This document shows positions 17,461 through 25,600 of a stretch of DNA of 36,692 nucleotides, piece after piece (positions within the stretch are counted from its first letter, which is position 1; each line of letters opens with the position of its first letter). The notes beneath the pieces are model-generated. The model did no database searches. It worked only from the letters and a program-made list of their open reading frames with translations, and was not told where the DNA came from. The translations under genes and the position numbers were made by a program. The DNA is taken from IMG/VR virus record IMGVR_UViG_3300036985_003812, positions 1 to 36,692 of that record; one strand, 5' to 3'. This stretch comes from a virus (Duplodnaviria > Caudoviricetes).

Positions 17461-18513
17461 TTACTCAACCCTCGTCTCGCCTGTGATGACATTGCAATAG
17501 GTTTTAACAATACTGCATGTCTCAGGATCAAACTCAACATCTGCCAGTAGCCAGTCACAATTAACTGATGATGATGAGCTGCCTGAACCACTTGAGCCAG
17601 ATGAACTAATGAAAGAACCCGATGAAGAACCCGATGAAGAACCCGATGAAGAACCCGATGAAGAACCCGATGAAGAACCCGATGATGAGCTGGATGAAGA
17701 ACCCGATGAAGAACCCGATGATGAGCTGGATGTCGAGGAGCTGGATGTCGAGGAGCTTGATGATGAGCTGGATGATGAGGAGCTGGATGTCGAGGAGCTT
17801 GATGATGAGCTGGATGATGAGCTGGATGACTCAGATGGTAAACACTGGTTATCACAGATGGATATTATTTTCCATACTGGAGTGCAGTCGCCTGCTTCAC
17901 ATATCATCATTGGGTACAGGTATGCTGCGTGTGCCTGAACTCCGACAAAACTATCATACCCCTCTGGTGGATCGAAACAGCCTGGGTCAACTTCAATTTG
18001 ACACGATTCGTCCATTCCCGGGGGAACAACAAGGCAACCACCTGAATACCAATTAACGGTTGCTACTAACCCACCGACCCGGTCATCACCGTCAATACAA
18101 ACTTCAACAATATGCGCCGGTGATGCGCCTGTTCCACTGACTACCACACCAACCCCGTCAACGGCTTGGTGAAGAACTCGAAACCCAAAACCTTGGTCAC
18201 TCATCGTCCAAGAGTCATCAGTCGGTCCTATCTCATCCCCAACGGTAGGGCTCCCGCTGATCAGTACGAGCTGGGGGTGGCCCCACAGCCGGGACTCACC
18301 TTTAGACCCAGGCGAGACATCGTTCGCTACGTTGGCGAAGAACAACCCGGCTGTGTCCGACGGCTTAGACGCTTGACTAAACCCCCCCGCGTAGTTCGCT
18401 CTTAACTGGACGACCCCGTAGGCCGGGACCATTTCACCTGCTGTATTCGTCCACTTAACGGTTTCTTCTAAGGAGGCCGTCGTCCGGTGTGACTGAGTGA
18501 ACCTATCTATCAT
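17461..18513 (-). CDS. Putative tail fibre/spike protein with a ~90-aa poly-Ser tract (start moved to ATG 18513)
   Basis: Follows the hub-like gene with an 11-nt overlap; beta-rich N-terminus, Cys-rich middle, then a Ser/Gly tract and a short Cys-containing tail. Confidence 0.6.
   Translation of the reverse strand: MIDRFTQSHRTTASLEETVKWTNTAGEMVPAYGVVQLRANYAGGFSQASKPSDTAGLFFANVANDVSPGSKGESRLWGHPQLVLISGSPTVGDEIGPTDDSWTMSDQGFGFRVLHQAVDGVGVVVSGTGASPAHIVEVCIDGDDRVGGLVATVNWYSGGCLVVPPGMDESCQIEVDPGCFDPPEGYDSFVGVQAHAAYLYPMMICEAGDCTPVWKIISICDNQCLPSESSSSSSSSSSSSSTSSSSSSSSSSSSSTSSSSTSSSSSGSSSGSSSSSSSGSSSGSSSGSSSGSSSGSSSGSFISSSGSSGSGSSSSSVNCDWLLADVEFDPETCSIVKTYCNVITGETRVE
17566..17832. repeat. Low-complexity tandem repeats (12-nt units such as GAAGAACCCGAT and GATGAGCTGGAT) encoding poly-Ser/(GSSS)n
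   Basis: Directly visible tandem units; stop-free in several frames. Confidence 0.95.
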
Positions 18514-20140
18514 CCGCACTCTCCGACAAAGACCGTTTCCGCATCTGCTCCTTGACCTCAATCTTAGATGTCAACGCCCTGAGGTGAGCCACCCTCTGTA
18601 CCCGTTTAGGTATTCCCCGGTCGAACTCAAAGTGTCTGGACGCGGTTGTCCTGTTGACCGCGTGGCCAATCTCTCCACATGTCATAATATGCTGGACCTG
18701 AATGATTGCCCCGTCACACCGGAGGTTCAGCTTCGGCATTGAATATACAACGTGCTGGGCTACTTTTGTAGCGTACGAAGCAGCAACCGCTGTTGCCCAG
18801 GCATTCCCCATTGCATTGAGGGCAGTCTGGTTTGTGGTTGCTCCCACGATGTCGTGGTCACTGTTGTACTGCACGATTGTCTCAGCCCGTTGTTCTGCGT
18901 GACGGACCGTGTGGTATCCCGTACCTGATGGGTTCACCTCGACATCGTACTCGTAGTGTTGCCACGCGAAATAGGTAGGGTGCCTGACTTGGATCGTCGC
19001 TTCAATCCATAGGTTCGCTGGGTAGTAGACTCCGGTGTCGATGTACCAGATCGGTTCTTCGAAAACCAGAAGACCGGTCTCGCCATAGAACCGCATTTGC
19101 CGAGCAACCACCTGATCCCCGATGGCTGTGCCAACGTCTCCCGGTATCGTAGGGTTACCCGTTTCGTTCTCTTCTTTGTGGTATCGACCGTACACACGGA
19201 ACGGTTGGTATGAATCGTCCACCCGAATGTCTTCTGGCTCCAGCAGTTGGGCCTTGATCGGGAGGATATCTGTGATGTCATTCAGGGTTCCTGATCCGTC
19301 AGGTATGTACAGTGTCTCATCAGCAAAGCCCATTACTCGGTATGCCCGGCGAACGTACCCATTCGCTTCGAGGTTGTCTACACCCGGCAGACTGTACGGA
19401 GCGGTTGAACCCCACCCGACGTTTGGCTGATAACTCAGTTCATCAATCGGAACCCACGTATCGTCGGTTTCCAGTCCAACAGCTTCCAGCTTCAGCCTCA
19501 CCTGGGCCACGGAGTTTGCGAAGCAATTCCGCACCCATCGTGGAGTAAGGTTCGGATCTATTGTGTCAGATCCGATGAAACGGTCTATTGTTGAAAGGGC
19601 TGCTCCGGTTCCCACTTGAACAATCGATACCGGTTCTGATCCATATCCCAACGCCAGAGAGTATCCATATTCTTCGAGCAATGTCTGAGCGGCATCAACC
19701 ACGTCAGCACACTCCCACGTTACACCGGGGTAGACGCTCGTTGGCAGGGCTGACACATTGGCTGTTGTCTCGCCCAGAGCGTTCATAAGCAGCGTACCGA
19801 GCTGACGGAGCGTCCTCTGCCTAGCCGGGACGAAAGCCCCTGCCCGCTGGGTGTTGTACTCCCCAGAGATCGGGGCGACCCTCTCCCAATGCTTTCTCCG
19901 ATCGAGAGCTTTGAACATGAGGAACCGGCCATCTTCGGTCAAGTTGACTGACCCCATGTCCACAACAACGTTCGGCAACGTGGCTACAGTGGCTTCCCAC
20001 CCGAGGGTCACGGTGCCGCTGACCGGGATCGCTGTCCCCTGTGGTAAGCACCGGATCAGGATCACGTCTGGCTGGAATCCAAGTGACTGAGTGTAAATCA
20101 GCTCAACTGGTTTTAGTATTCCAGGGAACAACCAGGGCAT
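18503..20140 (-). CDS. Putative baseplate hub / tail-tip protein
   Basis: 545 aa; beta-rich N-terminal domain; position between a distal-tail-like gene and the fibre gene. Context-based call. Confidence 0.5.
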   Translation of the reverse strand: MPWLFPGILKPVELIYTQSLGFQPDVILIRCLPQGTAIPVSGTVTLGWEATVATLPNVVVDMGSVNLTEDGRFLMFKALDRRKHWERVAPISGEYNTQRAGAFVPARQRTLRQLGTLLMNALGETTANVSALPTSVYPGVTWECADVVDAAQTLLEEYGYSLALGYGSEPVSIVQVGTGAALSTIDRFIGSDTIDPNLTPRWVRNCFANSVAQVRLKLEAVGLETDDTWVPIDELSYQPNVGWGSTAPYSLPGVDNLEANGYVRRAYRVMGFADETLYIPDGSGTLNDITDILPIKAQLLEPEDIRVDDSYQPFRVYGRYHKEENETGNPTIPGDVGTAIGDQVVARQMRFYGETGLLVFEEPIWYIDTGVYYPANLWIEATIQVRHPTYFAWQHYEYDVEVNPSGTGYHTVRHAEQRAETIVQYNSDHDIVGATTNQTALNAMGNAWATAVAASYATKVAQHVVYSMPKLNLRCDGAIIQVQHIMTCGEIGHAVNRTTASRHFEFDRGIPKRVQRVAHLRALTSKIEVKEQMRKRSLSESADDR

Positions 20141-20149
20141 GTGTGTTAC

Positions 20150-20941
20150 TCAAAACGAATTGATAGTGGGTAGGTCGAACGGGTTTAATCCCTGGTCAAG
20201 AGACGCTTCCATGAAATACTTCCACGATGTGGGGAACATTTCTCGACCAAGGGGGTTTGCTAGTGTGGGAGGAACGATGTCTCGGGGAGAGTCAAACGTG
20301 CGTACCCGCATCTCCCCGTGTTCGATGATCGGGAACAGAGGATCTGCCGGAGGTTCCCAGTCCAACCGCCCGACGTTGTCTCCTTCCTGCACATACCAGA
20401 AAGTCGTCGCGGTCTGCAGCGTCTGAATCTGGGGGTACCCGACCTCTGTTGGACTGTACCGCCACTTAGGCCCCCCGGTTCCTCGGATCGTCAGGCGTTC
20501 GTTCCAGGAGTATTGTCCTTCCCCGACGCGGATCTCTGCCCGGAGTACGATCGCGTATGTTCTGCGGTTGGTGTACTCAATCCGGCCAGTCCACGGTCCG
20601 TTCAAGAATGCCGGGGCAGCTACGACCTTTACTCCACCAAACGTCTCGTCGTTTTCTACGACGTGGCGAGTAGGCGTTGACCCGTCGTCGTGGTACAACC
20701 CGAAGTCCTGGTAGTCCTCGTCGTAGGCGTCAGTAAGAGCCTGCAAAGCTGCCGTCAGGTTTGCTTTGGTCACCTCCGGGTCGGCGTTGTCCGCGACTTG
20801 TTTCACCCCGATGATGGTGTACTCGATCACGTCTCCCATTCGACGCGAGAACTTGTCGAAGATACCCTGGATCGAAGTCCTGACCATGACCTCATCCTGG
20901 TCATGGGCATAGCTGCCGTACTTAAAAATCATGGCACCCAC
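20150..20941 (-). CDS. Putative distal tail / baseplate protein
   Basis: 263 aa, aromatic and beta-rich; position in the tail module. Confidence 0.45.
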   Translation of the reverse strand: MGAMIFKYGSYAHDQDEVMVRTSIQGIFDKFSRRMGDVIEYTIIGVKQVADNADPEVTKANLTAALQALTDAYDEDYQDFGLYHDDGSTPTRHVVENDETFGGVKVVAAPAFLNGPWTGRIEYTNRRTYAIVLRAEIRVGEGQYSWNERLTIRGTGGPKWRYSPTEVGYPQIQTLQTATTFWYVQEGDNVGRLDWEPPADPLFPIIEHGEMRVRTFDSPRDIVPPTLANPLGREMFPTSWKYFMEASLDQGLNPFDLPTINSF

Positions 20942-21633
20942 CTGTCTATGTCTGACCGCGAACCGTCAACAGCCTGGTAAGACCGGGCTACGTAGGCTTC
21001 CGTGGACTCCAGCGGGGCATCATCCTGATCCGACCGGATGCCTCTGGCTTCAATAGAACGTGGCCGGGGAGGAACGTTTAACTGCTCGTCCGCAGCATCG
21101 AAGGCTTGCTGCGGGTCAATGGGGAATGCTGGGGGCACTGTGATCGTGACTTGTGATCTGGGAGTGGGGGAAGCAACCCCTGTGAAAGTCTCTCCCCCTT
21201 TGGGCTGGGACGGCATTCCCGCCATCGCGGTCAGTATTTTCGGGGTAGCAACTCGCCCGATGAATGTCTCCGGAGACATGACCTTCACATCCATCGGGAC
21301 GTTCGGGATACCTGTCCGAGGGTTGGCTGTCAGCCCCATCTGAACCTGGTTGACTCGTGGGTTAGCTCCCGCCTGACTCCCCTGTTTCGGAAAGTTGAAC
21401 TGAGACGGATTCCCTCGTGATTCCCGAGGTGCCACTGGTGATGTTGGGGGACCGGTAATCAGTTCTGCCGGGCGAGCTTCAGCACCGGGGACGGCTGGAC
21501 CTGCCGGGACAACACCTTCACGGACAGCCCGTTCAATGGCTATCCGATCCAGCATTTCCTTCGGTCGCGTCATTGGAGCTTCCTCTGCGGGAGCTGCTGC
21601 CAACAAACGGATCAAATCTGATATCTCGTCCAT
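20929..21633 (-). CDS. Pro-rich hypothetical protein at the tape-measure position
   Basis: 234 aa from ATG 21633 (MDEISDL); overlaps both neighbours. Confidence 0.55.
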   Translation of the reverse strand: MDEISDLIRLLAAAPAEEAPMTRPKEMLDRIAIERAVREGVVPAGPAVPGAEARPAELITGPPTSPVAPRESRGNPSQFNFPKQGSQAGANPRVNQVQMGLTANPRTGIPNVPMDVKVMSPETFIGRVATPKILTAMAGMPSQPKGGETFTGVASPTPRSQVTITVPPAFPIDPQQAFDAADEQLNVPPRPRSIEARGIRSDQDDAPLESTEAYVARSYQAVDGSRSDIDRWVP

Positions 21634-22216
21634 AGTCCACAATCCAGTTCAACAACATCTTGTTACGTTGGAACAAGGGGCAATCCTTTAACTCAGCGTG
21701 TAGATCATCCCGGTACTTCCAGTAATGCCTCCATGTCGCGGCCCATCGAGAGTTTGACAAACCTGTTTGAATCGACCAGTGTTGTTTTGGGCAACCCTTC
21801 GGTGTCTCACAGGGAACTGTAGCACCCGGAGGGATCTGTTTGAAGAGACCATCCGGTCCGACCTGTACTTCTCCCGTGTCGTGGTTGACAGCGTACTGCC
21901 GACACTCGTCGCACTTTAACAGGCTCAACCCTGTGTTCAGGTTCACATGAAGCTGAACACTGTCCGACAGATCCTGAAAATCCTTGTTCTCGTCAGCCGA
22001 TGAGTAAGACAAAACATTCTGAACAACTAACACCTGGTGTTCGCTGGCCTCTTCCCCCCAGCAGTATGGGTATGAGAATAGAAATTGTCTGGCTGCAGGA
22101 AAGTCCAGGTCTACCTTTTTCTTCCACTCCTGCTTGTCCGCCCACAACAAGGGCCTGCAGAATACACCATCCACCGGTTCCACAGTAAAGCCATCATCGA
22201 GGTCAACTGGAATCAT
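21533..22216 (-). CDS. Hypothetical protein, possible tail assembly chaperone with a Cys cluster
   Basis: 227 aa; ATGA overlap with the tube gene; CDEC...PCETPKGCPK. Confidence 0.5.
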   Translation of the reverse strand: MIPVDLDDGFTVEPVDGVFCRPLLWADKQEWKKKVDLDFPAARQFLFSYPYCWGEEASEHQVLVVQNVLSYSSADENKDFQDLSDSVQLHVNLNTGLSLLKCDECRQYAVNHDTGEVQVGPDGLFKQIPPGATVPCETPKGCPKQHWSIQTGLSNSRWAATWRHYWKYRDDLHAELKDCPLFQRNKMLLNWIVDYGRDIRFDPFVGSSSRRGSSNDATEGNAGSDSH

Positions 22217-23079
22217 GCGTCTACCAGAACCATGTTAAAGGCAGCTACTGACGCCTGGCGTTTTGCCTCCCAGGTCATCGGTAGTCGAATCTCTTCTAAC
22301 GCTCCTTCGATTGAAGGAGACTCCGGATTAAGAACACCCTTCGGTATGTTGATCGTCAGGCTGTCACCACCGCTGGTAATCTTCAGCTCAATAGCCGCTC
22401 CGGTTGTGATGTCCCTGTATGTCCAGTAGTAGTTCTCGTTGGCCCCGGTTGTGTACGGGATCGTTGTGGCCAACAGTGTTTGACGCGGACCCATGCCAAC
22501 ATCGGTTACGGTGAAACTGGCGTTCCACGACTGAACAAGTTTGCTATCGATGACGAAGGCGAACCTGTCAATTTCTGCAGCGACGGTTGCGATCTTGAAC
22601 GTAGTACCGGGGAACCCGAAATGGAAGTCCACAGTACCGTCCACCCAGGTTGTCGCCGCGTCTTCCAGTTCGTCCTCTGCAATCCAGGTACACTCAGCGG
22701 ATACTGGCAGCGTTCCTGTCTGGCCCCGCAGGATAAACCGGGTCATCCGGCAATCTGTGTACTCGTGGACATTCCCAGCCTTGTCGATGATGATGGGGAT
22801 GGTAGCTACAAGCTGGTTGGCTGTGTATACCCCAGTGGCCAGTGTCATCCCGGCAGCAGGCAACAACTCCTGCAGGATGGGAATCGTCACATCGTGAAAC
22901 GTGGTGAACATGATCTTGCGTCGTCCAGGGACCGTCCGCTGCAGGAGCGGGTCTCGGTTGCCACACAACGAGTCTGGATTGGTTACCCGTTCGAAGCTGC
23001 TCTGATCAAGAAACTTAGCAAAGCAGAACAGCTTGCTGTTGATCATCATCCGGGTACTGATTGGTACGCTAATGCCCAT
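22213..23079 (-). CDS. Putative major tail (tube) protein
   Basis: 288 aa; C-terminal LTINIPK..LN.ESPSIEG.EEIRLPMTWEA resembles phage tail-tube proteins; follows a terminator-like gene. Confidence 0.7.
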   Translation of the reverse strand: MGISVPISTRMMINSKLFCFAKFLDQSSFERVTNPDSLCGNRDPLLQRTVPGRRKIMFTTFHDVTIPILQELLPAAGMTLATGVYTANQLVATIPIIIDKAGNVHEYTDCRMTRFILRGQTGTLPVSAECTWIAEDELEDAATTWVDGTVDFHFGFPGTTFKIATVAAEIDRFAFVIDSKLVQSWNASFTVTDVGMGPRQTLLATTIPYTTGANENYYWTYRDITTGAAIELKITSGGDSLTINIPKGVLNPESPSIEGALEEIRLPMTWEAKRQASVAAFNMVLVDA

Positions 23080-23088
23080 TGGTGAAGC

Positions 23089-23610
23089 CTATCTGTGGTG
23101 TCTCACCATCACCTGGAAGGTGAACATGGAGACTTGTTGTTCGTGCCGAATCAGACTCTGGGCTTCCGCAGGCAACCGTTTTAGCGGGTGTACTACGAAG
23201 GGATCATATACATTTGGATCAGCATCCTGCAAGAATGGGTTAGGGACCGCTGTGAACTTCATCCTGATCAGGTTCATCCAGTCGCCATACGTCCTGATAG
23301 GCCCCTGATGGGCCAGATGAGGCATGGCATCCACGATCTGGATGGCAATACGGTGGGCTTCGTCATCTGCACAGCTCAGTCCAGCCCCGATTGTGGACTC
23401 AACCGGGAGCATCGAGACCAGTATTCCGGGGAAAATAATATCCTGTAAACCGAATTCTCCCCGACCGGCTTCGGCCACATTCCAGATGGAGATTGCCTGA
23501 GGGATGACCGTGCGTACCCGTTCCCCCTGAGCGGCAGTGAACTGTTTCATCGCTGCCATATCCAGGAGGATCTTGTGAGTCCGGTTCAATATGTTCCACT
23601 CAGGATTCAT
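23089..23610 (-). CDS. Putative tail terminator / completion protein
   Basis: 173 aa; size, FPGILVS motif and position immediately upstream of the tube gene. Confidence 0.5.
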   Translation of the reverse strand: MNPEWNILNRTHKILLDMAAMKQFTAAQGERVRTVIPQAISIWNVAEAGRGEFGLQDIIFPGILVSMLPVESTIGAGLSCADDEAHRIAIQIVDAMPHLAHQGPIRTYGDWMNLIRMKFTAVPNPFLQDADPNVYDPFVVHPLKRLPAEAQSLIRHEQQVSMFTFQVMVRHHR

Positions 23611-23821
23611 CAGCTTCTTCTCTCGAATACCGTTTCACTAGGTCACTGGCGGCTTCTGCCAGATCGGCACACCGGACCTCTTCTCCCCTCCACATGATCT
23701 CGACTCGGTTCCGCTCAACAGACAGATCTTTCACCCCAATGAACACAGCGGCGTCAAACCGGGATACAAGTTCATCCAGCAGGTCGTGCGTGTTGACTAC
23801 TTCAAGATCCGGCTCCGACAT
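23600..23821 (-). CDS. Small hypothetical protein (73 aa; start moved to ATG 23821)
   Basis: MSEPDLEVVNTHDLLDELVSRFD...; fills the gap, whereas the longer track start lies deep in the upstream gene. Confidence 0.65.
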   Translation of the reverse strand: MSEPDLEVVNTHDLLDELVSRFDAAVFIGVKDLSVERNRVEIMWRGEEVRCADLAEAASDLVKRYSREEADES

Positions 23822-24959
23822 ATCCAACGTCCTGCAAACGTAGACCGTACCATCGGGCAGAAGCACCCTTGTCACGTACATATCGTCCATCAGAGGCTTT
23901 AGCGTCATTAAACGCCTGAGCCAGGCGAGACTGGCTGACCAGCCTCTCTGTGTGATTCCCAACCATTTTGACTCCATACTCGTCCTCGCACAGTCTTTGT
24001 AACAGTACAGACATGGGGCCGTCGCATACGTCAATCATGGATGAGGCATTGTACGCCGCTGCTGTCTCTGAGATCGTGGTGTCACTGATTCGACATGTGG
24101 TCGTAGTCAACCACTTGACTACTCGCACCTCGTGACAATCTCGTTGGTAGAGCAGATCGTTTGCCGGGATGTCCCCAAACTCTCCGGTCGGGTGGGAAGT
24201 ATCGTTTTTGGCGATTCGCAGCACTGCTCCGTCCCACAACGCAGATACAACTGTATCAGAGAATGTTGCCACGCCTGACGCAACCGTAACTGTTCCTCGG
24301 TACTCTCGTACAAGGGCATTGCCCGGTCTCCTCGCTACGTACATGTATTGCAGAACAGCATTGTTAGTCTGGATCGTCGGAAGCCACAGGTTCCATCTGG
24401 TTGGGTTTGCACTGTCGGCCACCAGTGAGTAGACCGTAGGCAGTGAGGGTGACCACGCAAACCCGTCGTGGATCATGTGAGCTTCCAGCAGACTGAGCCG
24501 CATCAGATGCAGGTTCTGCGTTCCATCAATGATCTGTACGATGTCGCCTACGTCTGTGGGCAGCGGGTACAGAACCTGCTGGATGGTGTACTCCACATCG
24601 TCCAGATCATCGTCCGGGTGCTTACCTTCAAACAGTTCAATCACGGTTCCGCTGGTCCGCTTGTAGATTGGATACCAGTTGTTGTCCAGTCGAACGTGTT
24701 GGGCCAGTGCGTCTGTCGGCCATGTGGCTCCGGTCAGAGTTACCGTTCTCGCAGTTACATCGAAGTCTACTGTACCGGTGGTCTGTCCGGCGTATGTGAT
24801 CTGGGTTCCCATCCGATGGTAGTAAGCCCAGTCGTGCATACTGAGCATCCGGCTCCAGGCGTTCAGCACAGCCGTGCGTACCTTGCCTTCCAGATATCCC
24901 CCGAGTGTGGAGTTAATCTGGACGGCGATATGGCTCATCATGTCAGAGACTGTGATCAT
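23802..24959 (-). CDS. Putative head-tail adaptor with inserted beta domains
   Basis: Helical N-terminus ending LNAW...HDWAY, then YPLPTD, typical of adaptor proteins; two GTV-led beta inserts. Confidence 0.6.
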   Translation of the reverse strand: MITVSDMMSHIAVQINSTLGGYLEGKVRTAVLNAWSRMLSMHDWAYYHRMGTQITYAGQTTGTVDFDVTARTVTLTGATWPTDALAQHVRLDNNWYPIYKRTSGTVIELFEGKHPDDDLDDVEYTIQQVLYPLPTDVGDIVQIIDGTQNLHLMRLSLLEAHMIHDGFAWSPSLPTVYSLVADSANPTRWNLWLPTIQTNNAVLQYMYVARRPGNALVREYRGTVTVASGVATFSDTVVSALWDGAVLRIAKNDTSHPTGEFGDIPANDLLYQRDCHEVRVVKWLTTTTCRISDTTISETAAAYNASSMIDVCDGPMSVLLQRLCEDEYGVKMVGNHTERLVSQSRLAQAFNDAKASDGRYVRDKGASARWYGLRLQDVGYVGAGS

Positions 24960-25600
24960 GGGCTTTTCTCAAACGTCCGCTTGGACACCTGTTCGATACT
25001 GGTTGCTGCGTTCATCACGTCATCCGCTGTGACAACCGGAGCAACCGTTTCAGTGATCAGTTCCCGTAGCTCCGGCTCCGGCAGTTTGGCGAACTCTTCT
25101 TCAGATCGGTACTCCGCGATGTACCGTTTCATAGTGTTCTCGTTGATCCGGACTGTCTGTGGTTCCGGTGCCTGAGAGACCGGATGATTCTCCCAGTCGC
25201 CTTCAACCTGACAGTTCCGCTCCTTCATGATCCGCTTCACCTCAGAGAGGCTCTGCTTGTGTGTCACGATGCAACCGGGGTCACCGGGGAACTTGGCAAG
25301 ACCCCGATGAACTACAGCATCCTCGGGAAGGTTCTCCCCTGTGATCTTTCTGTAGTTCTTACGGTACAGGTTCGCCATGCTCTCGCAGCCCTTGAACTGC
25401 TCCGTCACGCTCTTTGTGTTCCGTTGAATGAACTGGTCGTCGATCCCTCCGGATGGTGGTCGTCGTGTTGCCAGTTGAGCCGCCATTGAAATCGATTCAC
25501 CATTGGCCAGCATCCGATCAAAGGCGGCTATCGCCCGTGGTCCTGCCTGCTCGACGGCTAACCATTCCAACTCGTCTCTGAGCTTCGCAAACCTTGTCAT
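24956..25600 (-). CDS. Hypothetical protein
   Basis: 214 aa; 4-nt overlaps with the portal and adaptor genes. Confidence 0.7.
   Translation of the reverse strand: MTRFAKLRDELEWLAVEQAGPRAIAAFDRMLANGESISMAAQLATRRPPSGGIDDQFIQRNTKSVTEQFKGCESMANLYRKNYRKITGENLPEDAVVHRGLAKFPGDPGCIVTHKQSLSEVKRIMKERNCQVEGDWENHPVSQAPEPQTVRINENTMKRYIAEYRSEEEFAKLPEPELRELITETVAPVVTADDVMNAATSIEQVSKRTFEKSP

Noticed and set aside
17610-17830. Tandem repeats as a CRISPR array
   Set aside because: Units are 12-15 nt with no unique spacers, lie inside a CDS, and no cas genes are present.
17439-18056. ORFs with (DEEP)n, (MKNP)n and (HPAHH/HRVL)n repeats
   Set aside because: These are alternative frames or the antisense of the poly-Ser tandem repeat; the Ser frame is continuous with the tail gene.
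22113-22125. G AAA AAG as a tail-chaperone frameshift site
   Set aside because: It is not a canonical X XXY YYZ heptamer and lies very early in the gene.
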